From positions 34,434 to 98,433 of IMG/VR virus record IMGVR_UViG_3300008113_000071: a DNA stretch of 64,000 nt; one strand, 5' to 3'. A program made the position numbers and the translations under genes. This document shows, in pieces, positions 32,636-41,207 of the stretch. The notes under the pieces are model-generated. The model had not been told where the DNA came from, did no database searches, and saw nothing but the letters and a program-made list of their open reading frames with translations. Origin of the DNA: a virus. The number at the start of each line of letters is the position of its first letter. Position 1 is the stretch's first letter.

Positions 32636-35600
32636 ATGAATGTTGGATGCTCTGCAATTCCTTGTCCTATAATATTAAATTCCACCTGCGTTATATACGA
32701 GGGTGGTAATCTTATATATACAGGAATTAATACTAACGATACTATCCAAACAGCTCTACAAAAGATAGATGCTGTTATTGGAGATATTGCTGTTGGTACC
32801 TCAGGTACTGCAGGCACTAGTGGTACCACTGGAACTTCAGGTTCTAGTGGAACAGCAGGTACATCAGGTGATGATGGTATATCTAGTGGTAGGGTTTTCT
32901 ACTTCAATGAATCTCAAGTATCTAGTGTAGCACCATATAAGGTGTTATCAACAACCCCTTCTGGAGGACCTGAACAAGTTGTTCCTGCTGTAACAAGTGG
33001 GAGCACTCCTGTTCTAGTTGCTGAATTCATAACAGAACAATTAAATGTTATTACTGTTCCTGCAGGTATACAAAGATTCTTCTTACACTTCTTAAAGAGT
33101 GCACAAACAGATATTGTTAATACATATGTAGAAATTATATTAGCTGATGTTAATGGTATTCCTATTTCTCCAGCTTTTACAACAAACGTTGCTTCTGTTG
33201 GATGGGTAGATGCTGTCACTCCTGTAGAGATTCCTGTTGATATTGTTATTCCTTCATCACCTGTATCTACATCAGATAAAGCAATTGTTAAAATATATAT
33301 TACAGATGATGTTGCTGGTGCATACAATGTTAATTTCTATACAGAAGGTGCTGCCAACTATTCATATGCTGTAACAACTATTGCTACACTGTCAGGAACT
33401 AGTGGCACATCAGGAAGCTCTGGCACTTCTGGTATAGCAGGAACTAGTGGTACCTCTGGTATTGCTGGTACTTCTGGGACATCAGGTATTGCTGGCACCT
33501 CAGGTACTTCTGGTATAAATGGTACAAGTGGAATCAATGGAACCTCTGGGTCTTCAGGCACTGGAGGTACAGATGGTACTAGTGGTTCTTCAGGATCATC
33601 AGGTACAAGTTCTACAGGTGGTACTTCTGGTACAAATGGAACAGGAGGAACTAGTGGTACTGATGGTAGCAATGGTACATCAGGAAGTTCAGGAACTGCA
33701 GGTTCACATGGTACTTCTGGTACTAGCTCAACAGGTGGTACTAGTGGAACTTCAGGCACAACTGGAACCAGTGGTACTGATGGAACCAGTGGAACTACAG
33801 GTACTAGTGGAACGAGTGGTTTAGATGGTACAAGTGGATCTGATGGATCTAATGGTACCTCAGGCAGCAGTGGAACTGATGGCACTTCTGGAACAGATGG
33901 TTCAAGTGGTACAAGTGGAACTGCAGGTAGCAATGGAACTAGTGGCACTGATGGTACATCAGGCACAAGTGCTCTTGATGGCACAAATGGAACTAGTGGT
34001 ACAACAGGAACTAGTGGAACAGCTGGATCAGGTGGTACATCTGGCTCCTCTGGAACAAGTGGTACATCAGGTTCTACTGGTGACTTATATGCTACAACAT
34101 CCTCTACATCTTATACATTACAAGCAGCAGGTAATCCTGGAACTATAACAGTAGGACTAGGACTTGCATATACTCCTGCTCAATCTATTATTATTGCATA
34201 CAATGCTTTAAATCACAATGAAGCAATTGTAACATCATATAATGCAGGCACTGGAAGTTTAAGCTTCACTACAACTTCATTAACAGGATCTGGAACTTAC
34301 ACAGCATGGGATGTCAATCTTGATGGTGCTACAGGGGGTGATGGATCAAGTGGAACCTCTGGAACCACAGGAACATCTGGCTCTAGTGGTGTAAGTGGAA
34401 CTTCTGGCACTACAGGTACTTCTGGTACAACAGGTAGTTCAGGAACTTCAGTAACTGTATCAGGAACTAATAATACTGTTGTTAAATTCACAAGTGCATC
34501 CACTATTGGTAATTCAAATATTACTGATACAGGTACACTTATTTCATTAGGTTCTAATACAACTATTTCAAGTGGAGCATTAGGTATAGGTACGAGTGCA
34601 TTAACTGATACTGCTTTAAGGGTAGGGAAAGGAATAACTGGTAGCACTACACCTGCTGGTATTCAAGTTACTTCTGCAATACAAAATGATGCTACTTCAA
34701 GTGCGATAATTTTTCAATCAACTCCATCACAAGCTGCTGGTGGAACACTTACAACATTATATCATTTTGCTGCAAGTCAATCTACACTTAGTGGAACTGT
34801 AACTACACAAATAGGTTATCAGGTATTTGCAAGTGTTAGTGGTGCTACAAACAATCGTGCTTTTCAAGGTCAATTAGCTGCTGCTGCAAATACACATAAC
34901 TTGTATATGTCAGGTACAGCTGATAACTATGTGGCAGGTGCTTTGGGTATAGGTACTACATCTTTAACAGGTTATAGTTTAAGAGTAGCTAAAACTCTAA
35001 CAGGTGCTACTACAGCTTATGGTATTCTTAATTCAGGACAAATACAATCTGATGTTACTGCAAATGCTATTTATAATAGAACATTAGCTTCTACTGCTGC
35101 TGCTTCATTTACATTAGCAAATCTATATCATTATTTTGCAGACCAAAGCACATTTGGTGCAGGTTCATCTGTTACAAATCAATTTGGATTTTATGTAGAT
35201 AGTGGATTAACAGGTGCAACTAATGATTATGGTTTTTATGGCAACTTAGCATCTTCTGCAAATGTTTGGAACTTGTACATGAATGGCACTGCATCTAATT
35301 ATCTAAGTGGTGTTTTAACTATTGGTACAAACTCTCCAAATGCATCTGCAAAACTACAAGTAGATAGTACAACAAGTGGTTTCTTGCCACCAAGAATGAC
35401 AGAAGCACAAAAGAATGCTATAGCTTCTCCTGCCACTGGATTAATAATTTATCAAACAGATGCTAGTGCAGGTCCTTATTACTATAATGGTTCAGCTTGG
35501 ATTCAAAATGTATCAGGTACATCAGGTACCTCAGGAGTAAATGGGACTTCTGGAACTTCTGGTACCACAGGTACAAGTGGCACAACTGGAACCAGTGGTA

Positions 35601-36973
35601 CTACAGGAACCTCAGGGACCTCTGGTATCAATGGTACATCTGGCACTAGTGGAATAAATGGTACAAGTGGTACAACAGGCACAAGTGGGACTAGTGGTGT
35701 AAATGGCACTAGTGGAACATCAGGAATCAATGGTACTTCTGGAGTTAATGGAACCTCAGGAACTAGTGGGGTGAATGGTACTAGTGGAGTGAATGGAACA
35801 TCAGGATCTTCTGGTATTAATGGCACTAATGGAACTTCTGGAATCAATGGTACGTCAGGTATAAATGGTACAAATGGAACCAGTGGTATTAATGGTACTA
35901 ATGGAACGTCAGGAATTAATGGAACCAATGGTACTTCTGGTATCAATGGAACAAGTGGTACTAATGGAACAGGTGGTACAAGTGGTACCTCTGTAACTGT
36001 ATCAGGTACAACAAACTATGTTGTTAAGTTTACAAGTGCTTCTACAATTGGTAACTCAAATATTACAGACAGTGGAACACTTGTTAGTTCTGCTGTAAAT
36101 ACAAGTATAACAGGAAGTTTACAAGCTGGAGATGCTTCAGTATTAGGTGCTGTTTCTTTTGGAGATACCCCCACCACAATCATAGGCAAAACTACAGGAG
36201 CTATATTAGATTTAAGAAATACTAATACAGTAATTGCTGCAGGAGATTTAGCAGGTAGTATTCAATACACTGTTAAAGATGATACAACAGCAGGGTATTG
36301 TGTATCAAAAATAGATACAATAACATTAGCTGCAGCAGGTACTGGTAATAGTGGTGGTGGTATTATGAGATTCTTCACTAATCCAGGAGGAATGAGTGCA
36401 GTTCCACTTGAGAGAATGCGTATTACAGCAGCTGGTAATATTCAGATTGGTTCTGCAACTGGTTTCTTTGTAGCCTCTAAATTACAAGTTACTGGAGACA
36501 TATGTGTAAGCTCTGGAAGTAGAATTTTACTTGATTCCTCTGCTAGTACATTAAGTATAAAGAGTAGTACATCAGGAGCTGGTGGTGATATGGAATTTTA
36601 CACTGGTGGTAGTTCTTCAACTAGTATTCGTGTAAAAATTGCTGCTGATGGTGCTGTAGCTATATACAATACATTTAATAGACAAACTGCTTCTTATACA
36701 CTTGTTCTTGGAGATGCTGGTAAAATAGTTGAGATGAATGTTGCAGGAGCTAACAATTTAACTGTACCTTTGAACTCAAGCGTTGCATTCACTATTGGAA
36801 CTGAAATTCAAGTATTACAATATGGTGCAGGTCAAACTACTATTGTAGCTACTGGTGGTGTAACATTGAGGAGTAAGTCAGGTCAATTAAAAATTGGTAA
36901 CCAATACACAGGTGTAACGCTTGTTAAAGTTGGTACTGACGAATGGTATGTAATTGGTAATTTAACTGCATAA
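32636..36973 (+). CDS. Fibre/receptor-binding protein with collagen-like (Gly-Thr-Ser)n tracts
   Basis: Long G-x-y tracts (GTS/GTT/GIN); LQVDSTTSGFLPPRMT and ERMRITAAGNI fibre motifs; C-terminal YTLVLGDAGKIV...WYVIGNL domain typical of phage fibres. Confidence 0.75.
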   Translation: MNVGCSAIPCPIILNSTCVIYEGGNLIYTGINTNDTIQTALQKIDAVIGDIAVGTSGTAGTSGTTGTSGSSGTAGTSGDDGISSGRVFYFNESQVSSVAPYKVLSTTPSGGPEQVVPAVTSGSTPVLVAEFITEQLNVITVPAGIQRFFLHFLKSAQTDIVNTYVEIILADVNGIPISPAFTTNVASVGWVDAVTPVEIPVDIVIPSSPVSTSDKAIVKIYITDDVAGAYNVNFYTEGAANYSYAVTTIATLSGTSGTSGSSGTSGIAGTSGTSGIAGTSGTSGIAGTSGTSGINGTSGINGTSGSSGTGGTDGTSGSSGSSGTSSTGGTSGTNGTGGTSGTDGSNGTSGSSGTAGSHGTSGTSSTGGTSGTSGTTGTSGTDGTSGTTGTSGTSGLDGTSGSDGSNGTSGSSGTDGTSGTDGSSGTSGTAGSNGTSGTDGTSGTSALDGTNGTSGTTGTSGTAGSGGTSGSSGTSGTSGSTGDLYATTSSTSYTLQAAGNPGTITVGLGLAYTPAQSIIIAYNALNHNEAIVTSYNAGTGSLSFTTTSLTGSGTYTAWDVNLDGATGGDGSSGTSGTTGTSGSSGVSGTSGTTGTSGTTGSSGTSVTVSGTNNTVVKFTSASTIGNSNITDTGTLISLGSNTTISSGALGIGTSALTDTALRVGKGITGSTTPAGIQVTSAIQNDATSSAIIFQSTPSQAAGGTLTTLYHFAASQSTLSGTVTTQIGYQVFASVSGATNNRAFQGQLAAAANTHNLYMSGTADNYVAGALGIGTTSLTGYSLRVAKTLTGATTAYGILNSGQIQSDVTANAIYNRTLASTAAASFTLANLYHYFADQSTFGAGSSVTNQFGFYVDSGLTGATNDYGFYGNLASSANVWNLYMNGTASNYLSGVLTIGTNSPNASAKLQVDSTTSGFLPPRMTEAQKNAIASPATGLIIYQTDASAGPYYYNGSAWIQNVSGTSGTSGVNGTSGTSGTTGTSGTTGTSGTTGTSGTSGINGTSGTSGINGTSGTTGTSGTSGVNGTSGTSGINGTSGVNGTSGTSGVNGTSGVNGTSGSSGINGTNGTSGINGTSGINGTNGTSGINGTNGTSGINGTNGTSGINGTSGTNGTGGTSGTSVTVSGTTNYVVKFTSASTIGNSNITDSGTLVSSAVNTSITGSLQAGDASVLGAVSFGDTPTTIIGKTTGAILDLRNTNTVIAAGDLAGSIQYTVKDDTTAGYCVSKIDTITLAAAGTGNSGGGIMRFFTNPGGMSAVPLERMRITAAGNIQIGSATGFFVASKLQVTGDICVSSGSRILLDSSASTLSIKSSTSGAGGDMEFYTGGSSSTSIRVKIAADGAVAIYNTFNRQTASYTLVLGDAGKIVEMNVAGANNLTVPLNSSVAFTIGTEIQVLQYGAGQTTIVATGGVTLRSKSGQLKIGNQYTGVTLVKVGTDEWYVIGNLTA
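33394..34080 (+). repeat. Gly-Thr-Ser triplet coding repeat tract 1
   Basis: Continuous G-x-y triplets such as GTSGTSGSSGTSGIA...; 9-nt periodic, synonymously diversified DNA. Confidence 0.9.
35515..35992 (+). repeat. Gly-Thr-Ser / Gly-Ile-Asn triplet coding repeat tract 2
   Basis: GTSGINGTNGTSGING... repeats. Confidence 0.9.
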
Positions 36974-36976
36974 TAT

Positions 36977-37351
36977 ATGGGACATCTATTATCTTCAGCA
37001 ATCAAAATGAGTGCTTCGTCTGGAATACCTACTGGAGTTTTTACTGTTATATATAACGAATTACCAACAATAGCAGGTGCGAGTGTTATTCCATTAAAAA
37101 ATGGTTCAGTTTATTTATCAAGAGTATCTACAGGTACATCTACAGGTACTATAACAACAGGAGATACATTTTCTGCAACTTTACCTTCTCCAAGTGGACC
37201 ATATAGATATTTATCAATAGTAAGTTCGTCAAGAGGTACATTATTTTATGGTGAATTTGAACCTGGAATGAGTGGAACAATATCATCCCCTACATTTACA
37301 AAAGTAGATAATGAAGATATTACCATAAATGGATTTGTTGACTTTACATAA
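36977..37351 (+). CDS. Hypothetical beta-rich protein (fibre-associated)
   Basis: Directly follows the fibre gene; Ser/Thr/Gly-rich beta-type composition. Confidence 0.55.
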   Translation: MGHLLSSAIKMSASSGIPTGVFTVIYNELPTIAGASVIPLKNGSVYLSRVSTGTSTGTITTGDTFSATLPSPSGPYRYLSIVSSSRGTLFYGEFEPGMSGTISSPTFTKVDNEDITINGFVDFT

Positions 37352-37383
37352 TAAATAATACATCTAGGAAATTACAGTTATTC

Positions 37384-39483
37384 TTAACCTATCATTTCAG
37401 AATTAATTTTATCTATAACCATTTGTGATGTAATACTAGTCTGACATTCAAATTGTCTATCAGTTCCTTTATTAACAGGACACCAATTCCAATCTCCCCT
37501 ATCAAACTTATACTGAGGATCATTCCAACATCCATGACATACACTTGTGTTCGTCACTCTAATGCATTCAAACTCGTGATCTGCTTGAGTAAAATTGCTT
37601 ATCATCACAACTTCTTTTCTAAGTGCCCAAGCTAACCAGCTTAACCCACTAGATAAGCCTACAAAGAACTTACTATAATAGATAAGGTTCATTGTATTCT
37701 CTATCGACTTATCCTCTGGCACTAGACAGTTATCAAATGGGTTATCCTCTAATGATACATTCACTATCTTATATCCTTTCTTGTGATAATGATTGATTAA
37801 CTCCTGCCACGACTCTCTTGTCCAGAACTTACATCCTGCAGTTGAATTGGTGGCTATGGTGATGTAATTATCGTATGGCCTCTTACTTGGACTGAAACTG
37901 ATTCTAGGAACGACTTCCCGATATTGGAGTCCCAAAATGTTTGTGGCTGCTTTCTGTAATGGAATAGTGTTAGGTAGCTCTGGTTCCTTATTGCTATCAT
38001 AGAACCATCCTAAAGTGTACATACCCATAATGTTCTGCACATTAGTTCCTGGTTCTACAAACTCTAATTCTGGATACACATCCTGGAATAAGTTATTCCT
38101 GAAGGTAGATACTATTACATGGCAATTGTGTTTCTGCTTGAACTCCAAACAATAAGGTATCCACGCTATTGTGTCTCCCAAGGACTTGCTGTCAAACGCA
38201 ATGTATACACGCTTTCCTGTGTAGTCTAACGTGCTTTCATACACAAGCTCATCATTCTCTCTTACAGTTACATTCCATTTGGTGTAATAGCTCCTGTTGA
38301 GTCTCACCCAACTGTTACACGCAATATTGTTCTGGTAATGTAGCTCTCCAGACTCATCATAAAACCTCACATTAAAAATGCTTTCTGAGCTCCCTTTGAT
38401 TTCTAAGAAGGGTTGTCCTACGCAATAGTTGGTGATTGTTATAGGCTGCTTGTATGGTGCAGCTTTGCACACAGCTCTGTACATTTCGTCATGCAATTTT
38501 GCAAATTCCTCTTCTTGCCCTTCAGGTATTTCATATTGCATAGGTTCATCAAGAGCTTTTATTAATTGAGCCTTTAGATTGTTTTCGTCTATTGGTGTAA
38601 TGTATTCATCAAACATTCCACAGTATTGTGGTAGGTTGCGTGCTAATATTTTACAGCCATAACTAACAGCTTCTCTAACAACAAGAGGATTACATTCCCA
38701 TGTGCTATTGAACATGAATACATCTGAAGCTAACATAAACTTCCACGCATCCTCTCTCTCTCCCCACACCTTACAATTAGCTGGTAGGTCTGCCATGATT
38801 GGTTCCCAATATTCTTGGAAGTTAACAGCTTGGTTTCCTACAAAATGGAATTGTACATCAGGCATTCTTCTAGCTATTTCTACAGCTTCTTTCTGATTCT
38901 TTCCTGGTGTCCATAGTCCAACGTTTACAACATGTTCTTTGGCTTCATCAAATTCTAATTCTGTAAATGCATCCTGCCAATTATATGTCTGACGTTTGTC
39001 TTCAATTGGAAACTCCAATACATATTTAGGAGATTGCATGTTAGCAAATGTCTGCAAATGATATGGTGTACAGAAAGCATATGCATCTGGATGATAACGT
39101 TTGCTCTGGTCTGGATTAAACCAAACATTGTGACAGGTTTCTACTATTCTCCAAGTTCTGTCTGGTGCATACAAAGCTCTCATCAGCTCCTCAGGAACTT
39201 GATTGTGGCTATCGAATCCTTCAATCATTTCATCAACATGCACAACATCAATATGCAAATCTTGAATGACATCTATTAACATCATCTTGTCTGTTCCAAG
39301 TGTAATCACTTGTGTTAGCTTGTTAATCTTGTTCTTCTGAACAACATACTCAGAGCTATAGTTCTTGAACTCCACTACATATACATCAGCATCTGTGTAC
39401 TTCTGTAGTGTCTCAATTCTCTTTAGTAAAAATGCAGGCATCCCTCCTGTCGAAAGATGTGGGGCTAAGAATAGTATTTTCAT
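37384..39483 (-). CDS. Bifunctional glycosyltransferase: N-terminal GT4 plus C-terminal TibC/Aah-like (autotransporter O-heptosyltransferase-like) domain
   Basis: Start reassigned to ATG 39483 (MKILFLAPHLSTGGMP). GT4 Ex7E motif ECNPLVVRE. C-half carries SKSLGDTIAW, GLSSGLSWLAW and the CHGCW...WCP...FEC four-Cys cluster like the TibC iron site. Confidence 0.75.
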   Translation of the reverse strand: MKILFLAPHLSTGGMPAFLLKRIETLQKYTDADVYVVEFKNYSSEYVVQKNKINKLTQVITLGTDKMMLIDVIQDLHIDVVHVDEMIEGFDSHNQVPEELMRALYAPDRTWRIVETCHNVWFNPDQSKRYHPDAYAFCTPYHLQTFANMQSPKYVLEFPIEDKRQTYNWQDAFTELEFDEAKEHVVNVGLWTPGKNQKEAVEIARRMPDVQFHFVGNQAVNFQEYWEPIMADLPANCKVWGEREDAWKFMLASDVFMFNSTWECNPLVVREAVSYGCKILARNLPQYCGMFDEYITPIDENNLKAQLIKALDEPMQYEIPEGQEEEFAKLHDEMYRAVCKAAPYKQPITITNYCVGQPFLEIKGSSESIFNVRFYDESGELHYQNNIACNSWVRLNRSYYTKWNVTVRENDELVYESTLDYTGKRVYIAFDSKSLGDTIAWIPYCLEFKQKHNCHVIVSTFRNNLFQDVYPELEFVEPGTNVQNIMGMYTLGWFYDSNKEPELPNTIPLQKAATNILGLQYREVVPRISFSPSKRPYDNYITIATNSTAGCKFWTRESWQELINHYHKKGYKIVNVSLEDNPFDNCLVPEDKSIENTMNLIYYSKFFVGLSSGLSWLAWALRKEVVMISNFTQADHEFECIRVTNTSVCHGCWNDPQYKFDRGDWNWCPVNKGTDRQFECQTSITSQMVIDKINSEMIG

Positions 39484-39488
39484 ATAGA

Positions 39489-39536
39489 CAAATGTAAAAA
39501 AACATTTGCAAATCTCAAAACTATTAATTACATTTG
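39489..39536. promoter_or_regulatory. Overlapping divergent Bacteroidota promoters (GT gene leftward; lysis/envelope operon rightward)
   Basis: + strand: TTTG 39505-08, N20, TACATTTG 39529-36. - strand: TTTG (39519-16), N19, TACATTTG (39496-89), 5 nt before the ATG. Confidence 0.8.
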
Positions 39537-39648
39537 TATGCAGAACTGACCACAGGTACAACCAACTACCTAACGCTACTAGTTCTTTGTAGCAATAGTT
39601 CATGTATTATTATTGTAATTATAATTTTTTTCTTAGAATTAATAGCAA

Positions 39649-39978
39649 ATGGCTACAAACGAATCTGTTGCTAACAGCATCAAGATATGGGCATTCCCTA
39701 CATTGGTGACATGTCTGTCTGTAATGATATGGACTGACGTTAGAGAAATCCAGAGTGATGTAAAACATCTCATGGCTGAATCTAATATTAGTGGAACAAA
39801 AATTGAAGGAGTTGAAGCTCGTGTTAACAAGCTTGAACAAGTTGTGTTCTTAGACAAACTTGCTAAAACTTCTGATGAACCAAAAAAAGAAACCAACCAA
39901 CAACAAGTTCTTGTAGCTGTGCTCAAGAATGATGACCAAGATAATAATGGTAAAAAGAAACAATTATTAAACTTTTAA
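39649..39978 (+). CDS. Single-TM coiled-coil membrane protein (holin/antiholin-like)
   Basis: IWAFPTLVTCLSVMIW TM segment followed by heptad VEARVNKLEQ; first gene of the lysis-type cassette. Confidence 0.45.
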   Translation: MATNESVANSIKIWAFPTLVTCLSVMIWTDVREIQSDVKHLMAESNISGTKIEGVEARVNKLEQVVFLDKLAKTSDEPKKETNQQQVLVAVLKNDDQDNNGKKKQLLNF

Positions 39979-39980
39979 TT

Positions 39981-40109
39981 ATGGCAACATTTCATGAAGC
40001 ATTCTGGTGGTTTGGTGTAACACTGTTTACAGCAGGTTTAATTCTATTTTATGGCACTTTAATTTATGCTGTCTTTGCACATTTAAAAGGATTAGTAACC
40101 AACAAATAA
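39981..40109 (+). CDS. Small membrane protein (42 aa, not in ORF track)
   Basis: MATFHEAFWWFGVTLFTAGLILFYGTLIYAVFAHLKGLVTNK; fills the gap between neighbours exactly. Confidence 0.6.
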   Translation: MATFHEAFWWFGVTLFTAGLILFYGTLIYAVFAHLKGLVTNK

Positions 40110-40116
40110 AACCACA

Positions 40117-40725
40117 ATGAAAAGAAACCTTCTATTTTTTGTATTAGCTGCACTCCTAGTTTATCTAGCTTTAGATAAGGTGGGAATAATTGGTGGCTAT
40201 GATGTTAAAACTCCAGACACAACTATCGTAAGAGATACTGTGTGGCATGAAACTAGCAAAACTGTTGTAAGAGAAATACAACAGGTTGGTGGTGATGAGG
40301 GATATGTTCCTCCTGGTGAAGATATGTATATAGCTGTTGACAGTTATGACTCTCTTCTAAACAAGTTCAATGTATTAGTAAAAGAATTAACAGCTCGTAA
40401 GTTCTACAAAGATAGCTTACAGCTAGACTCAATAGGATATATTGTTGTGAAAGACACTGTGCAATTTAATAGCTTACAGAAAAGATCCTATAATTATTTC
40501 TACAAGGTGCCACATGTCACAGAAACTATGACAATCACCAAGTATGCTCCACCTACTAGACAACTGTTTATTGGTGCTGGTTTAGGTAAGAGTGATTTCC
40601 AAGCTGGGTTCTTGTACAAAACAAGAAAGGATTTATTGTTTGGGGCTTATGTTGCTCCACCATTGCAAGGAGTTCCATTACAGTTTGGTGTACAAGCTTA
40701 TTGGAAAATTAAACTGAAAAAATAA
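40117..40725 (+). CDS. Putative spanin-like/outer-membrane lysis protein
   Basis: N-terminal signal/TM, DTTIVRDTV segment, C-terminal amphipathic beta strands (LFIGAG...FGVQAYWKI). Confidence 0.45.
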   Translation: MKRNLLFFVLAALLVYLALDKVGIIGGYDVKTPDTTIVRDTVWHETSKTVVREIQQVGGDEGYVPPGEDMYIAVDSYDSLLNKFNVLVKELTARKFYKDSLQLDSIGYIVVKDTVQFNSLQKRSYNYFYKVPHVTETMTITKYAPPTRQLFIGAGLGKSDFQAGFLYKTRKDLLFGAYVAPPLQGVPLQFGVQAYWKIKLKK

Positions 40726-41207
40726 TGAAATATCTTTTCATACTGTTATTCTTGATGTTGTCTGTGTCTGCAAAGTCACAGACTTCGTTGCATCTAGACA
40801 GTGTTGAAAACAAAATTAAAATAGGTAAGATGGCTGGTAACAGAAATCTTGCATTTGGAATAAAGAATATTCTTGAGGAATATCTTCAGGAAAAAGAAAT
40901 AGACTTGACTGATAAAGCAAGTCAATCATTAAAAGTGGAGATCATCTTCTTAGATGTACTCACAACCTCTGGAAACTTATCAGTATTCCATAAGAGTGAA
41001 GCCAAAGTTGTTATTAGACTTAAAGGATTCATCATTGATAGAACCAACAACCAAATATTAAAATCAGCAATAGCAGAACAAAGTGCTAGTGAGATTTCTA
41101 TGTCAACTCTGGTTGTGGACACTGGGGGAAAACTAAACCAACAGAATCTTAGTATCGCTATTAAAAAGTCCTGTGACAAACTTGTTACATCACTATTAAA
41201 GCAATAA
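40725..41207 (+). CDS. Secreted protein, CsgG/TolB-N-like alpha/beta fold (tentative)
   Basis: Signal peptide ending SAKS/Q; RNLAFGIKNILEEYL parallels RVGLGVTNIVIEFL of 44505; NQQNLSIAIKK parallels NQSTIGTTTKK. Confidence 0.45.
   Translation: MKYLFILLFLMLSVSAKSQTSLHLDSVENKIKIGKMAGNRNLAFGIKNILEEYLQEKEIDLTDKASQSLKVEIIFLDVLTTSGNLSVFHKSEAKVVIRLKGFIIDRTNNQILKSAIAEQSASEISMSTLVVDTGGKLNQQNLSIAIKKSCDKLVTSLLKQ

Noticed and set aside
33358-35946. VPLVPEVP-repeat ORFs on the - strand and alternate-frame + ORFs
   Set aside because: Shadows of the GTS repeat in the fibre gene
39484-39603. 40-aa N-terminal extension of the GT in the ORF track (similar extensions at 5319, 31974, 46730, 49545, 51000, 53824, 61962)
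   Set aside because: The extensions overlap promoters or upstream genes; downstream ATGs match paralog starts or stop-start overlaps
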